The notes under the pieces were generated by a model, which saw only the letters and a program-made list of their open reading frames with translations, was not told where the DNA came from and ran no database searches. A program made the position numbers and the translations under genes. From positions 41,375 through 105,374 of the forward strand of contig JAYEOW010000004.1 of assembly GCA_034723395.1 (NCBI GenBank): a stretch of DNA of 64,000 bases, given 5' to 3'. Source of the stretch: Candidatus Margulisiibacteriota bacterium. Its GTDB lineage: Bacteria > Margulisbacteria > WOR-1 > O2-12-FULL-45-9. Of the stretch, positions 9,813-19,849 are shown piece after piece; the stretch's first letter is position 1, and every line of letters begins with the position of its first letter.

Positions 9813-10818
9813 TATATTCGGTGCGTCCTGAAAAAGTAAAAGCATAAGCTCTAATTGCACCTGTTTTTAATCTGATACTGATTATCCCATCCTCGGCCTT
9901 ATTGCTTTTTATCAAATTATACATTGTTCCTTTTTCGACCGATAATTCTTTTAAGAATTTTCCACTATGTAAAACATCAACCACGGTATTGCCCACTAAA
10001 GGATTGAGCACCACATTTACTTCCGTGGCCCGGAACCTCAACATCAATTCGGCGCCCGTTTTATCTGTCTGCACATAATCCCGCATTGCCAAAAACGTCC
10101 CTTTAAGCGCAAGGCTGTCTTGCGGAATCTGTTTTGGCGGCGTATAGTTTTTAACCTTATTGTATAAAAATCCGCCTTTATTACTTAAAAATCCTCTTTG
10201 ATACCCGCAATATATCTCTGGAGTAAAGGGGAAACACATCCCGATATATTTTTTTTGTATCCCTAACTCGGGGAGCCTTAGTTTCCGATCCTTTTCCTTA
10301 AGCATCATTTGGATTGCTTTTTCTGTCTCCGTATACTTCCCTTCCCCAAAATGGGCATAAACTATCGCCCCATTTTTATCGGCCAGATATTTTGCCGGCC
10401 AGGAGTGGTTATTAAAATTTTCCCAATTCTCGTAATACTCATCCAATACAACCGGCCATTCCACACCCAACTCCCTGATCGCACACTGTACATTCCCGGG
10501 ATCCCTTTCAAAATCAAATTCCGGGGTATGTATACCAATGATCAGAAACCCTTTATCTTTATATTTTTTCCACCATTGCTTAAGATATGGGATAGTGCGG
10601 CGGCAGTTAACACAAGAATAGGTCCAGAAATCGTATAATACGATCTTCCCTTCAAGTTCTTTTAGGCTTAAAGGCTTTGAATTAAACCACACCTTGCTAT
10701 CTACTGCAGGCGCTTTTGACATTCTCCCCACATCCAAGCCCGGCCTTTCCCCTGACGCAAAAGCAGATGAACAAATAACCAGACAAATAGTGAGAAGACA
10801 AAAAAACCTATTTAACAT
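9805..10818 (-). CDS. Exported thioredoxin-like redoxin (DipZ C-terminal type)
   Basis: Signal peptide; DFWTYSCVNC, GIHTPEF, WPAKYL, HFGEGKY, TPEIY, AYAFTF. Confidence 0.85.
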   Translation of the reverse strand: MLNRFFCLLTICLVICSSAFASGERPGLDVGRMSKAPAVDSKVWFNSKPLSLKELEGKIVLYDFWTYSCVNCRRTIPYLKQWWKKYKDKGFLIIGIHTPEFDFERDPGNVQCAIRELGVEWPVVLDEYYENWENFNNHSWPAKYLADKNGAIVYAHFGEGKYTETEKAIQMMLKEKDRKLRLPELGIQKKYIGMCFPFTPEIYCGYQRGFLSNKGGFLYNKVKNYTPPKQIPQDSLALKGTFLAMRDYVQTDKTGAELMLRFRATEVNVVLNPLVGNTVVDVLHSGKFLKELSVEKGTMYNLIKSNKAEDGIISIRLKTGAIRAYAFTFSGRTEYIK

Positions 10819-10831
10819 TTCTGACGAATGC

Positions 10832-11431
10832 TTATATCTTATCTTTTATGACAATCTTATTGACAATGACCGGTTCCAGCGGGCGGTCCATCTGGTCCCG
10901 TTTAACCATGTTGATCTCATTAACCACTTCAGACCCTTCGATCAATTGGCCGAAGATCGTGTGCTTGCCGTTGAGCCAAGGAGTGATTGCGGTAGTAACA
11001 AAAAATTGAGATCCATTGGTCCCCGGCCCCGCATTGGCCATCGCTAACCTGCCTACCTGGTCAAAATTGAGCCCGGGAACTATCTCGTCCTCAAATCTGT
11101 ACCCCGGCCCCCCGGTCCCATTCCCTAACGGATCGCCCCCTTGGATCATAAAATTTGGAATGACCCGGTGAAAAACGGTCCCATCATATAACGGCTCCTG
11201 TTTTTTTTCTCCACTACGCGGGTCTGCCCACTCCTTGGTCCCTTTAGCCAATCCGACAAAATTCTCAACCGTTACCGGCGCGTCCTTTGGATAGAGGATA
11301 CAAGTAAAGTTCCCCTTGTTTGTTTCAAAAACCGCGTAAAGCTTATCGGGCATTTTTGGCCTTCCTCCCATCGCTGATGCAATGTTAATAGTTAGGATGC
11401 AAATTATAAAGATGAATAAATATTTCTTCAT
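10832..11431 (-). CDS. Exported cyclophilin-type peptidyl-prolyl isomerase
   Basis: FHRVIPNFMIQGGDP, AMANAGPGTNGSQFF, LNGKHTIFG; signal peptide. Confidence 0.95.
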   Translation of the reverse strand: MKKYLFIFIICILTINIASAMGGRPKMPDKLYAVFETNKGNFTCILYPKDAPVTVENFVGLAKGTKEWADPRSGEKKQEPLYDGTVFHRVIPNFMIQGGDPLGNGTGGPGYRFEDEIVPGLNFDQVGRLAMANAGPGTNGSQFFVTTAITPWLNGKHTIFGQLIEGSEVVNEINMVKRDQMDRPLEPVIVNKIVIKDKI

Positions 11432-11495
11432 AACGGTTGCAATTATAACATAAAAGCCTTATGATGTAATATCTTTTTCAGGAAGGGAGAACTAA

Positions 11496-11660
11496 ATGAT
11501 AGTTGAAAGATCAGAATTCAAGGGACGCCCGATGCTGGTAATTAAAAACAGCGAGGATGATAAATACCCCTTCTCTTTTGGCCTCTCTAAAGCCAGAAAG
11601 ATCGTGGAAAATATCGAAGAGATCAAAAAGTTCGTCGCAGAAAACCAAAAAGACGCTTAA
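11496..11660 (+). CDS. Small 54-aa hypothetical protein (not in the ORF track)
   Basis: SD GGAAGGGAG, ATG 11496, MIVERSEFKGRPMLVIKNSEDDKYPFSFGLSKARKIVENIEEIKKFVAENQKDA, TAA 11658-11660; fills an otherwise empty gap. Confidence 0.75.
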   Translation: MIVERSEFKGRPMLVIKNSEDDKYPFSFGLSKARKIVENIEEIKKFVAENQKDA

Positions 11661-11932
11661 TCCGACGCAACTGCCGCATCTTTTAGATCGGAAGACTTAA
11701 CATAGGCCCATTTATCTAAATAAGGGATATAGACAATTACATATCCCTGATAAATGAATATATGTCCGTTGTAAAACGGCTTTTTTAAGTCTTTCCCTTC
11801 TTCGCTTCCGGTCTTGTCCCTGTCCTCGTACATCGTTTTTGCTAATTCGTCAATTGCATCGGTAGTCAAAGGGGCGGCAAGAACAGGCATCGAAAGACAT
11901 AGGATAAATAAACAAATTACTAATTTTTCCAT
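11657..11932 (-). CDS. Small secreted hypothetical protein
   Basis: SD GAGGAGG 8 nt before ATG 11932; signal peptide MEKLVICLFILCLSMPVLA. Confidence 0.65.
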   Translation of the reverse strand: MEKLVICLFILCLSMPVLAAPLTTDAIDELAKTMYEDRDKTGSEEGKDLKKPFYNGHIFIYQGYVIVYIPYLDKWAYVKSSDLKDAAVASD

Positions 11933-11951
11933 GATCATTTCCTCCTCACAT

Positions 11952-11978
11952 ATATCGCTGTTTTTTCCCGTAAATTTC
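11952..11978 (-). promoter_or_regulatory. Putative alternative-sigma promoter GAAATT-N14-GCGATAT
   Basis: Same boxes and spacing at 42204-42230; variant at 3778-3804. Confidence 0.55.
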
Positions 11979-12044
11979 AATAAAGTATCATTTGACACTA
12001 CCCCTGGAAAGAGTGTAATCTGGAACGGAACTCGGAAGGTGTAA

Positions 12045-12572
12045 ATGGAAACAAAGATAATCCGTTCCCGCAGAAAGACCCTTTCTCTTGAAATCAAAGA
12101 AGATGCCACATTAATTATTCGCGCCCCACAGCATATCCCCCATCAGCATATTCTAAGGATCATTGAGAAGAAGCGTCCCTGGATAGAAAGAAAACGATCC
12201 CAAACCAGGAAAAGCATTCCACTGGCTAAAGAAGAGCTAAAATATTACCAGCAGAAAGCCGCGCAGCTTATCCCTCAAAGAGCAGAATATTACGCAGCCG
12301 CCCATAGATTAAAATATAAAAGGATTAGAATAAATGACGCTCAAAAAAGGCTCGGCTCATGCAGCTCCAAGGGAAATTTAAATTTCAGCTGGAGGATAAT
12401 TCTAGCCCCCCTTCCTGTTATCGATTACATAGTGTGCCACGAACTCGCTCACCTGATCGAAAAAAACCATTCACATAAATTTTGGGGTAAGGTCGAAGAA
12501 CTGTACCCTAATTATAAAGCGTGCAAAAAGTGGCTCAAAGAGAATGGTTATGTTAAAATAAATATATCATGA
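12045..12572 (+). CDS. YgjP/DUF45 (SprT-like) zinc metallohydrolase
   Basis: RSRRKTLSL, RLGSCS, DYIVCHELAH, NHSHKFW. Confidence 0.88.
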   Translation: METKIIRSRRKTLSLEIKEDATLIIRAPQHIPHQHILRIIEKKRPWIERKRSQTRKSIPLAKEELKYYQQKAAQLIPQRAEYYAAAHRLKYKRIRINDAQKRLGSCSSKGNLNFSWRIILAPLPVIDYIVCHELAHLIEKNHSHKFWGKVEELYPNYKACKKWLKENGYVKINIS

Positions 12573-13006
12573 AGCTTTATTTAGGCCAACACGGAGAAGC
12601 AAACCCGGAAAATATCGATCCTGCCCGGGGGTTAACCGGTAAAGGGATAGCAGACACCAAAAAAGTAGCCGATTTTTCGAAAAACATCAAGGTTGATGAA
12701 ATTTGGCATAGCACTAAACTTCGCGCTAAACAGACCGCTGAGATATTTGCAAAGGTTCTAGGCAAGAAAGCAATCGAACAGGAGGGACTAAGGCCCAACG
12801 ATCCGGTCTCCCCCATTGTTAAAAAAATTGATAGGGATTTAATGGTCGTCGGACACCTCCCCTTTATGGAAAAAATCTCTTCATTCCTTATTACCGGGTC
12901 CGAAGATAACCGACCGGTTATCTTTCGGCAGGCAGGCATCGTATGTCTGGAAAACACTAATTCAAAATGGGGGCTATCCTGGATGGTCACTCCGGAGGTG
13001 CTGTAA
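12569..13006 (+). CDS. sixA: Phosphohistidine phosphatase SixA
   Basis: QHGEA (RHG variant), LTGKG, HSTKLRAKQTA, VVGHLP. Confidence 0.82.
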   Translation: MKLYLGQHGEANPENIDPARGLTGKGIADTKKVADFSKNIKVDEIWHSTKLRAKQTAEIFAKVLGKKAIEQEGLRPNDPVSPIVKKIDRDLMVVGHLPFMEKISSFLITGSEDNRPVIFRQAGIVCLENTNSKWGLSWMVTPEVL

Positions 13007-13009
13007 ATT

Positions 13010-13534
13010 ATGGACATGTTAAAAAAGGCCTATTCAATAATGTTTTCCCCTGAAAAGTTGGTTAGTTATTCGGGTAAAGCCATGGGAATGCTCCTTTCTA
13101 TTGTCGCAATTTACGCTATCTATAAAATAATCGTTATCGCGATCGACAGAACCCTGAAAAATCGGCTGAATGATGACCGGATGAAAATGCTGGTATCATT
13201 AAGTAAAAGCGTCCTGCGCTACGCAGCCTTTGTTATCATTTTTATAACCATCCTGCAGCAGCTTGGAATAAACATCACCGCCCTTCTAGCCAGCGCTGGA
13301 ATGCTGGGACTGGCAATAAGTTTTGGCTCTCAAAACCTGGTCCGGGATATTATCTCTGGAATATTCATTATTATTGAAAGGCGTTTTATAATCGGGGATA
13401 AAGTAAAGATCTCCGGAATCGAAGGGGAAGTGACCAGAATGACCCTGCGTATGACCGCGATTAAAGCCGAGGACGGGACCTCACATACTATTCCAAACGG
13501 AAGCATTGCTGTAGTGCAAAATTTCAGCCGATAA
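13010..13534 (+). CDS. Small-conductance mechanosensitive channel (MscS family, short)
   Basis: LLASAGMLGLAISFGSQNLVRDIISG, IGDKV, IPNG. Confidence 0.9.
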   Translation: MDMLKKAYSIMFSPEKLVSYSGKAMGMLLSIVAIYAIYKIIVIAIDRTLKNRLNDDRMKMLVSLSKSVLRYAAFVIIFITILQQLGINITALLASAGMLGLAISFGSQNLVRDIISGIFIIIERRFIIGDKVKISGIEGEVTRMTLRMTAIKAEDGTSHTIPNGSIAVVQNFSR

Positions 13535-13560
13535 CAAGCCCCTCGCCGGACAACTCGAAC

Positions 13561-13602
13561 TTGACAATTATACTTTATATGTTAAACTATTTAACATATA
13601 AA
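13561..13602 (+). promoter_or_regulatory. sigma70 promoter overlapped by a MarR operator palindrome
   Basis: TTGACA 13561-13566, TGtTAAACT -10. Perfect 13-bp inverted repeat TTTATATGTTAAA-cta-TTTAACATATAAA at 13574-13602. Confidence 0.8.
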
Positions 13603-13607
13603 TCATC

Positions 13608-14057
13608 ATGAATCAAAGAAATTCAATCCCTTACTTAAAAAGATTCGAACAGATCATGCCTCTCTTTCATAAAAGCATGGCCCATATGAACGAATGCTGC
13701 GTGGAAGAGATGAACCTCACCCCTCACCAATTTATCGTCCTAAAGATTATCGCCAATACCGATAATTGCATTATGTCGGACCTAAGCAACAATCTTGGCG
13801 TGACAATGGGGAACATGACCACAATGCTAGATCGCCTGATCAAAGAGGGATTCGCAGCCAGAAAGCAGGAACCGGATGATCGCCGCGTGGTTGGAGTTAG
13901 GCTGACTAACAAAGGAAAAGATATCGTCGCCAAAGCCACAAAAAAAAGACAGAACATACTGCTCAACATGTTGAAAAAATTATCAAATAAAGACATTGAG
14001 ACCATGTTAAAATTAATTGAAAAGATCGTCACCAATCAGGAGCCAGCAAATGAGTAA
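13608..14057 (+). CDS. MarR-family transcriptional regulator
   Basis: LTPHQFIVL, LDRLIKEG, DDRRVVGVRLTNKG winged helix. Confidence 0.92.
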   Translation: MNQRNSIPYLKRFEQIMPLFHKSMAHMNECCVEEMNLTPHQFIVLKIIANTDNCIMSDLSNNLGVTMGNMTTMLDRLIKEGFAARKQEPDDRRVVGVRLTNKGKDIVAKATKKRQNILLNMLKKLSNKDIETMLKLIEKIVTNQEPANE

Positions 14058-15510
14058 ATATATTACCATACTATTATGCTTATTGGTCATGCCAAGCGTC
14101 GCTTTTGGGGCTACCACTCTCACTCAAGATAAATTCATCAAACAGGCGATTAAAAACAATCCCAGTTATCAAATATCGGCCCAGGAATATATGATCGCTT
14201 TAGAACAAAATAAAAGCACCCGCTCTTTAGAAGATTGGAACCTGGTACTGTCCGGTTTATGGAATGAATCTTCCCCTCCCCCGCTAAGCTCTTTTTCCGC
14301 CCAATACCGAAAAACCGCCGGCTATACGGTTGGCCTTGAAAAATATATCGCTGACACGGGCACCGCCATCCAGCTTGAACACTCAAATACCCGGTTCGAT
14401 TCAAAATATCCGCCGGGCTCCAGTGCTTTTAATCCGCCATCTAAATACTATTTGTCTTCTATTTCGTTAACTATCGTCCAGCCATTACTGAAAAACGCCT
14501 GGGGGCTAGCGACTAAAAACGCGCTAAAAATGTCTGGCTATTCCCTCAAATTAGCCAAGATAAAGTTATCCGAAGATTGGGAAGATCTTATCAGCCTGCT
14601 CCGAAAGGAATATCTAACCTGGCAAAAATGCGTTAAAAATATAAGCTTAGTAAAGGGCCAGGTTAAAACCGTTAAAAACCAGCTGGCTTTAACAAAAAGG
14701 CAGTTAAAATACGGGCTTTCTGAAGAGCTGGATGTTGTCCAGCTGGAACAGAAACTCGAAGCCTATAGGATAATGTTAGAACAGGCGATCCTGGTTTGTG
14801 ATACCCAAACCCAAAAGATATTCCAGCTTATGGGACAAAGGGGCGCAAACTCAGCGAATGCTTATCCTGATAAATTCATTCCAAATGGATCAATTATGGA
14901 TGCAGCAACCGCTGGCTCATATTTAAGATCATCCTCGAATATAAAAAGGACCGCTGATATCCTGGTTGATCTTCAAACCACAAATCTTGAGACGAAAGAA
15001 AACGCTAAACAGATAGATGTCAATTTAGTGCTCTCTGCCAAACCGAACGCTTTTACCGAAGGGCTCAGTGACAGCCTCACCAAGATCGGCCAGTACAGCG
15101 AAAAGACGATCAGCGTTACCGCGAGCCGTCCCCTCGGCAACGACCAGGCCGAAGCGGAAGCGGAGAAAGCCAAGATCGAATATAATAAATCCATCAAACA
15201 GAGAGAGAATATCCTGCTTAATGCCAATCTTGGGCTATCTTCTCTCTACACAAACTTAAAGCGCCTGAGCAATATGGTCAAACTCAACGAAAACAGCCTT
15301 AAACTGGCCAAAAAGCGGTCAATATTAGAAAAGAGAAAATTCAATCAGGGGCGCAGCTCGGTATTTTTTGTGCTGCAAGCAGATGATGACATGTTAAAAG
15401 CCGAAAATTCACTCAATGAAACTATTTTTTCCCGGGAAGAGATCATCAACCAGATCAAAACCCTAACCGATCGTTATTTAGTCGAATATAAGGACGTCTT
15501 AAAATTATGA
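14050..15510 (+). CDS. TolC-family outer membrane efflux protein
   Basis: Start ATG 14050 (signal peptide MSKYITILLCLL..AFG); AIKNNPS, KYGLSEELDV, FNQGRSSVFFV repeats. Confidence 0.8.
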   Translation: MSKYITILLCLLVMPSVAFGATTLTQDKFIKQAIKNNPSYQISAQEYMIALEQNKSTRSLEDWNLVLSGLWNESSPPPLSSFSAQYRKTAGYTVGLEKYIADTGTAIQLEHSNTRFDSKYPPGSSAFNPPSKYYLSSISLTIVQPLLKNAWGLATKNALKMSGYSLKLAKIKLSEDWEDLISLLRKEYLTWQKCVKNISLVKGQVKTVKNQLALTKRQLKYGLSEELDVVQLEQKLEAYRIMLEQAILVCDTQTQKIFQLMGQRGANSANAYPDKFIPNGSIMDAATAGSYLRSSSNIKRTADILVDLQTTNLETKENAKQIDVNLVLSAKPNAFTEGLSDSLTKIGQYSEKTISVTASRPLGNDQAEAEAEKAKIEYNKSIKQRENILLNANLGLSSLYTNLKRLSNMVKLNENSLKLAKKRSILEKRKFNQGRSSVFFVLQADDDMLKAENSLNETIFSREEIINQIKTLTDRYLVEYKDVLKL

Positions 15511-18500
15511 GAACGATCTTCAAATGGTTCGTTGATCACCCAAAACTGATTAACCTCTTCCTGGTCCTGGTCTTGATAATGGGCGGGCTCTCCTTTTTAA
15601 ACCTAAAACGCAACAGCACGCCAAATGTCGATTTTAAGATGATGTTTGTCACTACGATCTACCCGGGGGCGGCACCGGAAGATGTTGAAATCAACGTCAC
15701 CATCCCCATCGAAGAACAGCTGCAGGAAGTTTCGGGGATAAAAGATATGGAATCTTTTTCCGGCGAGAATTACTCCCTGGTCTTTGTCGAGATCGACCCG
15801 GATGCCAAAGATATCGAAGAAGTAAAAAGTGATGTTAACAAGGCGGTTGACCGGGTTACCGGCCTGCCTTCCGAAATTTTAGACAAGCCTCTGGTAACCG
15901 AGCTAAAAACCGATATTTTCCCGGTCTTTGAGGTCGCGATCACCGGAAATCACACAATTTCTGAATTCGATCTAAGAAAATATGCTAAAACACTGGAAGA
16001 TAAGATCCGGCATCTTCCCGGTGTTGGAGGAACCAGCAAGGTCGGTTACCGCAAAAGAGAGGTCCATATCGAAGTCGATCCGGTAAAAGCCTCCAGACAT
16101 TACGTATCGCTTGCCGAAGTTATGGTCGCTATCCGCGCTTCTAACATCCGCTTAAGCGGCGGCAACATCCAATCTCTCACCACCAAGAAAAAGGTCATTA
16201 CCCTTTCCCAATTCGACGATCCGCTTGAAGTCAAAGATGTCATCGTCCGCTCGGTATTTTCCGGCAAACGGATCATGGTTTCTGAGGTAGCTGAAGTAAA
16301 GGATAGTTTTGAAGAAGAGTCCATTTTGGTCAGCACCAATAGTGAACCGTGCATCAATATAACGATAAGTAAAAATGCCAATGCAGACGCGGTTAGGGTA
16401 GCAAAAAGGGTAAAGGTTTTACTGGACGAGTTTAATAAAGAACTTCCTGAAGGTGTCCACGCGCAGATCGTAAAAGATTATTCGGTCTATGTTAACGCCA
16501 TGCTGCGTGCGGTCATCTCTAATGCCCTGCTCGGATTCTTACTGGTCCTTTTGTGTTTAATGATCTTCCTCGACCACCGGATCGCCTTTTGGACGGCGCT
16601 CGGGATCCCTTTCTCTCTCCTGGTCGCTTTCTACTTCATGCCCTTTTATGATATCTCAATAACTAATATCTCTTTATTGGGATTTATTATTGTCCTCGGC
16701 ATGCTGGTCGACGACGCGATCGTCGTGGCCGAGCATATATTTTCTTATCGGGAAAAAGGATTAGGTCCGATCGAGGCCTCGATCAAAGGGGTATCGGAAA
16801 TATTCTGGCCGGTCCTGGCTACGGTAACCACTACGATCGCCGCTTTCCTCCCGATCCTTTTAATGGGCGGTATCTGGGGCGACTTTATCCGGGCAATCCC
16901 GATTGTTATCACCATCGTACTTTTGGCTTCACTCTTTGAATCGGCCTTTATCCTTCCCTCCCACCTTGCCCACACCCAGTTAAAAAAGAAGGAGAAGCCA
17001 AAAATACTCCAATTCTTAGAAAAAGCATACCACCGAAATCTCCTGCGAGTACTTAAGCGGAAGTACATGGTCATTGGCGCTTTCCTATTAATATTTTTCT
17101 TTTCGATCGGGATCCTCCTCCCCATTTTAGGATTCCAACTCATGCCCACATCCGATGCGGATGTTTTAATGATTAAACTGGAAACCCCTAAGGGGACTCC
17201 GTTACAAGAGACCGAAAAGCGGGTAAACGCGGTCGAAAAAATACTGGTTGAAACTATTCCCAAGGATGTCCTCATAAGCTATGTTACCACTTTAGGTGAA
17301 AAAGGGACCGATATGTGGGACAGCGTTAGCGGGATCAGCCAGGACCACTGGGCCAGGATAAACATTAATCTCTCACCGGCGCAAGAGCGTAAAATATCCT
17401 CTTTCCAACTTAAAGATAAATTAGAAGATAGATTCAAAACCTGCAAAGAAAGGGACAAATTTGTTGATATCGGCGTGATTACTCGAGCAGGCGGACCGCC
17501 AACTGGAAGGCCCATCGATGTAAGTTTTATCGGGAACAACGATAAAATCCGCACCAAATTGGGCGATGAATTCTATAATTTTATCAGTAAAAATCCCGCG
17601 GTTTCAGATATTTTCCGTAATGATGAGAAGGGATTAAAAGAGCTAAATATTATTCTCAACCATAATTTAATGAGTGAGCTGGGAATAACCGCCGCAGAGG
17701 TGGCCGGCGTGGTCAGGGCAGCGATCAGCGGCAACGTGGTCACTTCGATCCGCCAAGAGGGAGAAGAGGTCGATTTCCGGGTGATGCTCGACGAAAAATA
17801 CCGCAACGATCCCCAATTTATCCGGAATTTGACTATTCCTAACCGGATGGGAAAACTGATCAGGCTAGGCAGCTTTATCAGCTTTAAAGAAAAATCATCA
17901 CCGCTTGCTATCTCCCACCAGGAAGGCGACCGCGTGCTTAACATCACTGCAGAGCTGGATAGAAAAAAACAAGATGCCGGCGAATATAATAAAGCGATCA
18001 TGGCCAAGTTCGAACCGATGGTCGCCCAATATCCTGACATGCGGATGACGATCGGCGGTGAGGAGGAGTATGCGCGGGAATCACTGAATAATTTCTTTAA
18101 TGCAATGGTTTTAGCGCTAATCGTGATCTACCTGATATTAGTAGTACTATTCAACTCGTTCACCGAACCGTTTATTGTACTAATGGCCATCCCTTTTGGT
18201 TTGGTTGGTGTTATTCTGGCCTTCCTTATTCACCGTGAACCGATGAGCTTCCTCGGCTTGATCGGCATCCTCGGGCTGGCAGGGGTAGTTGTAAACAATT
18301 CTCTGGTTATGCTCAAGTTCCTCAACAAAAAAGAGGAAGAAGTTTGCGGCAAAGGTGAAAGGCTCACCCTCGAAACGATCGCGGACGCAGCAATGCTCCG
18401 GTTCAGGCCGATCGTTTTGACAACCATAACTACCGTGGCCGGACTGTTGCCCTCACTTTACGGATTATTCGGAGGTCGCGTGGACTTTCTGTTCCCGCTC

Positions 18501-18662
18501 CTGCTCTCGCTCAGCTGGGGACTGGTCTTTTCAGCCTTTATCACCCTCTTTTTGATCCCTTCGTTCTATATCGTTGAACGAAATATCAACGTCTGGTTCT
18601 CAAAAAAATTCGGGAGAAGCTCAAAAGAAGATATCTGCCGCCTCGATATATCAAACTATTAA
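15507..18662 (+). CDS. RND efflux permease (AcrB/AcrD/AcrF family)
   Basis: 1051 aa; YPGAAPEDVE, GMLVDDAIVVAE, GVVVNNS, RFRPIVLTTITT. Confidence 0.95.
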   Translation: MRTIFKWFVDHPKLINLFLVLVLIMGGLSFLNLKRNSTPNVDFKMMFVTTIYPGAAPEDVEINVTIPIEEQLQEVSGIKDMESFSGENYSLVFVEIDPDAKDIEEVKSDVNKAVDRVTGLPSEILDKPLVTELKTDIFPVFEVAITGNHTISEFDLRKYAKTLEDKIRHLPGVGGTSKVGYRKREVHIEVDPVKASRHYVSLAEVMVAIRASNIRLSGGNIQSLTTKKKVITLSQFDDPLEVKDVIVRSVFSGKRIMVSEVAEVKDSFEEESILVSTNSEPCINITISKNANADAVRVAKRVKVLLDEFNKELPEGVHAQIVKDYSVYVNAMLRAVISNALLGFLLVLLCLMIFLDHRIAFWTALGIPFSLLVAFYFMPFYDISITNISLLGFIIVLGMLVDDAIVVAEHIFSYREKGLGPIEASIKGVSEIFWPVLATVTTTIAAFLPILLMGGIWGDFIRAIPIVITIVLLASLFESAFILPSHLAHTQLKKKEKPKILQFLEKAYHRNLLRVLKRKYMVIGAFLLIFFFSIGILLPILGFQLMPTSDADVLMIKLETPKGTPLQETEKRVNAVEKILVETIPKDVLISYVTTLGEKGTDMWDSVSGISQDHWARININLSPAQERKISSFQLKDKLEDRFKTCKERDKFVDIGVITRAGGPPTGRPIDVSFIGNNDKIRTKLGDEFYNFISKNPAVSDIFRNDEKGLKELNIILNHNLMSELGITAAEVAGVVRAAISGNVVTSIRQEGEEVDFRVMLDEKYRNDPQFIRNLTIPNRMGKLIRLGSFISFKEKSSPLAISHQEGDRVLNITAELDRKKQDAGEYNKAIMAKFEPMVAQYPDMRMTIGGEEEYARESLNNFFNAMVLALIVIYLILVVLFNSFTEPFIVLMAIPFGLVGVILAFLIHREPMSFLGLIGILGLAGVVVNNSLVMLKFLNKKEEEVCGKGERLTLETIADAAMLRFRPIVLTTITTVAGLLPSLYGLFGGRVDFLFPLLLSLSWGLVFSAFITLFLIPSFYIVERNINVWFSKKFGRSSKEDICRLDISNY

Positions 18663-18695
18663 TCCGCCACGGTTTTATGATATAATTCCGACGTT

Positions 18696-19745
18696 ATGCA
18701 TTGGAAAGGTGTAATCGAAGAGTATCGAAAATATCTGCCGGTGGACGAAAATACACCGGTGGTAACCTTTCAAGAAGGTAATACCCCCCTCCTATTTGCC
18801 AATAAACTCTCAGAGCTCACCAAATGTAAGGTTTACCTTAAATATGAAGGAGCAAATCCGTCCGGATCGTTTAAAGACCGCGGCATGTGTATGGCGATCA
18901 GCAAGGCAAAGGAGAGAAATTGTAAAGCAGTTATCTGCGCTTCAACCGGCAACACCTCCGCTTCCGCCGCCGCCTACGCCGTCCGCGCCGGGATGGAATG
19001 CATCGTCATTATCCCCAAAGGAAAGATCGCGCTGGGAAAACTATCACAGGCGATCATGCATGGAGCAAAGGTTTTTGAAGTCGACGGCAATTTCGACCAA
19101 GCCCTGGAACTGGTTAGAGAGATCGGCGAAAAATATCCGATCGAGATCGTCAACTCAATTAATCCCTATCGGATCGAAGGGCAAAAGACCGGAGCGTTTG
19201 AGATCTGCAACCAATTAGATGCCGTTCCCGATTATCACGCTATCCCCGTCGGTAATGCCGGAAACATTACCGCCTACTGGAAGGGTTATAAAGAATACTA
19301 CGCGGACAAAAAGATCAGCGGCCTGCCGAAAATGGTCGGTTTTCAAGCCGAAGGAGCCGCCCCCATCGTGCTCGGCCATCCGGTAAAAAACCCGGAAACG
19401 ATCGCCACCGCGATCAGGATCGGCAATCCGGCCAGTTGGAAGACCGCTGTTGAAGCGGCGGAAGAATCCGGCGGATCGATCTCGATCGTAACCGACCAGG
19501 AAATCATTGATACCTATAAACTTATCGCTAAAAACGAAGGGGTATTTGTCGAACCCGCCTCTGCGGCATCGGTCGCCGGCACACTTAAACTAGTTAAAGC
19601 GAGGAAGATCCCTGATGGATCGACAATTGTCTGTATCTTAACCGGTCACGGCCTAAAAGATCCCGATAATGCTATCCTACTTGGCGATAAACCGACCTTT
19701 ATCCCCTGCAAAATGAAAGAGGTTATCAAAAAGCTTGGTTACTAA
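18696..19745 (+). CDS. thrC: Threonine synthase
   Basis: [47 protein letters not shown]. Confidence 0.96.
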   Translation: MHWKGVIEEYRKYLPVDENTPVVTFQEGNTPLLFANKLSELTKCKVYLKYEGANPSGSFKDRGMCMAISKAKERNCKAVICASTGNTSASAAAYAVRAGMECIVIIPKGKIALGKLSQAIMHGAKVFEVDGNFDQALELVREIGEKYPIEIVNSINPYRIEGQKTGAFEICNQLDAVPDYHAIPVGNAGNITAYWKGYKEYYADKKISGLPKMVGFQAEGAAPIVLGHPVKNPETIATAIRIGNPASWKTAVEAAEESGGSISIVTDQEIIDTYKLIAKNEGVFVEPASAASVAGTLKLVKARKIPDGSTIVCILTGHGLKDPDNAILLGDKPTFIPCKMKEVIKKLGY

Positions 19746-19746
19746 A

Positions 19747-19848
19747 CCTCACCCCGTCACTCATTTCATTCGTGCCACCCCTCTCCATGGAATGGAGAGG
19801 GGAATGAATTTGCCGAAGCTTTTAGCTGAGGCAAAGAAAGGGGTGAGG
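19747..19848. repeat. Palindromic MITE/REP-like element (CCTCACCCC...CCCCTCTCC/GGAGAGGGG...GGGGTGAGG)
   Basis: Terminal inverted repeats plus internal hairpins; related copy at 62934-63043. Confidence 0.75.
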
Positions 19849-19849
19849 A

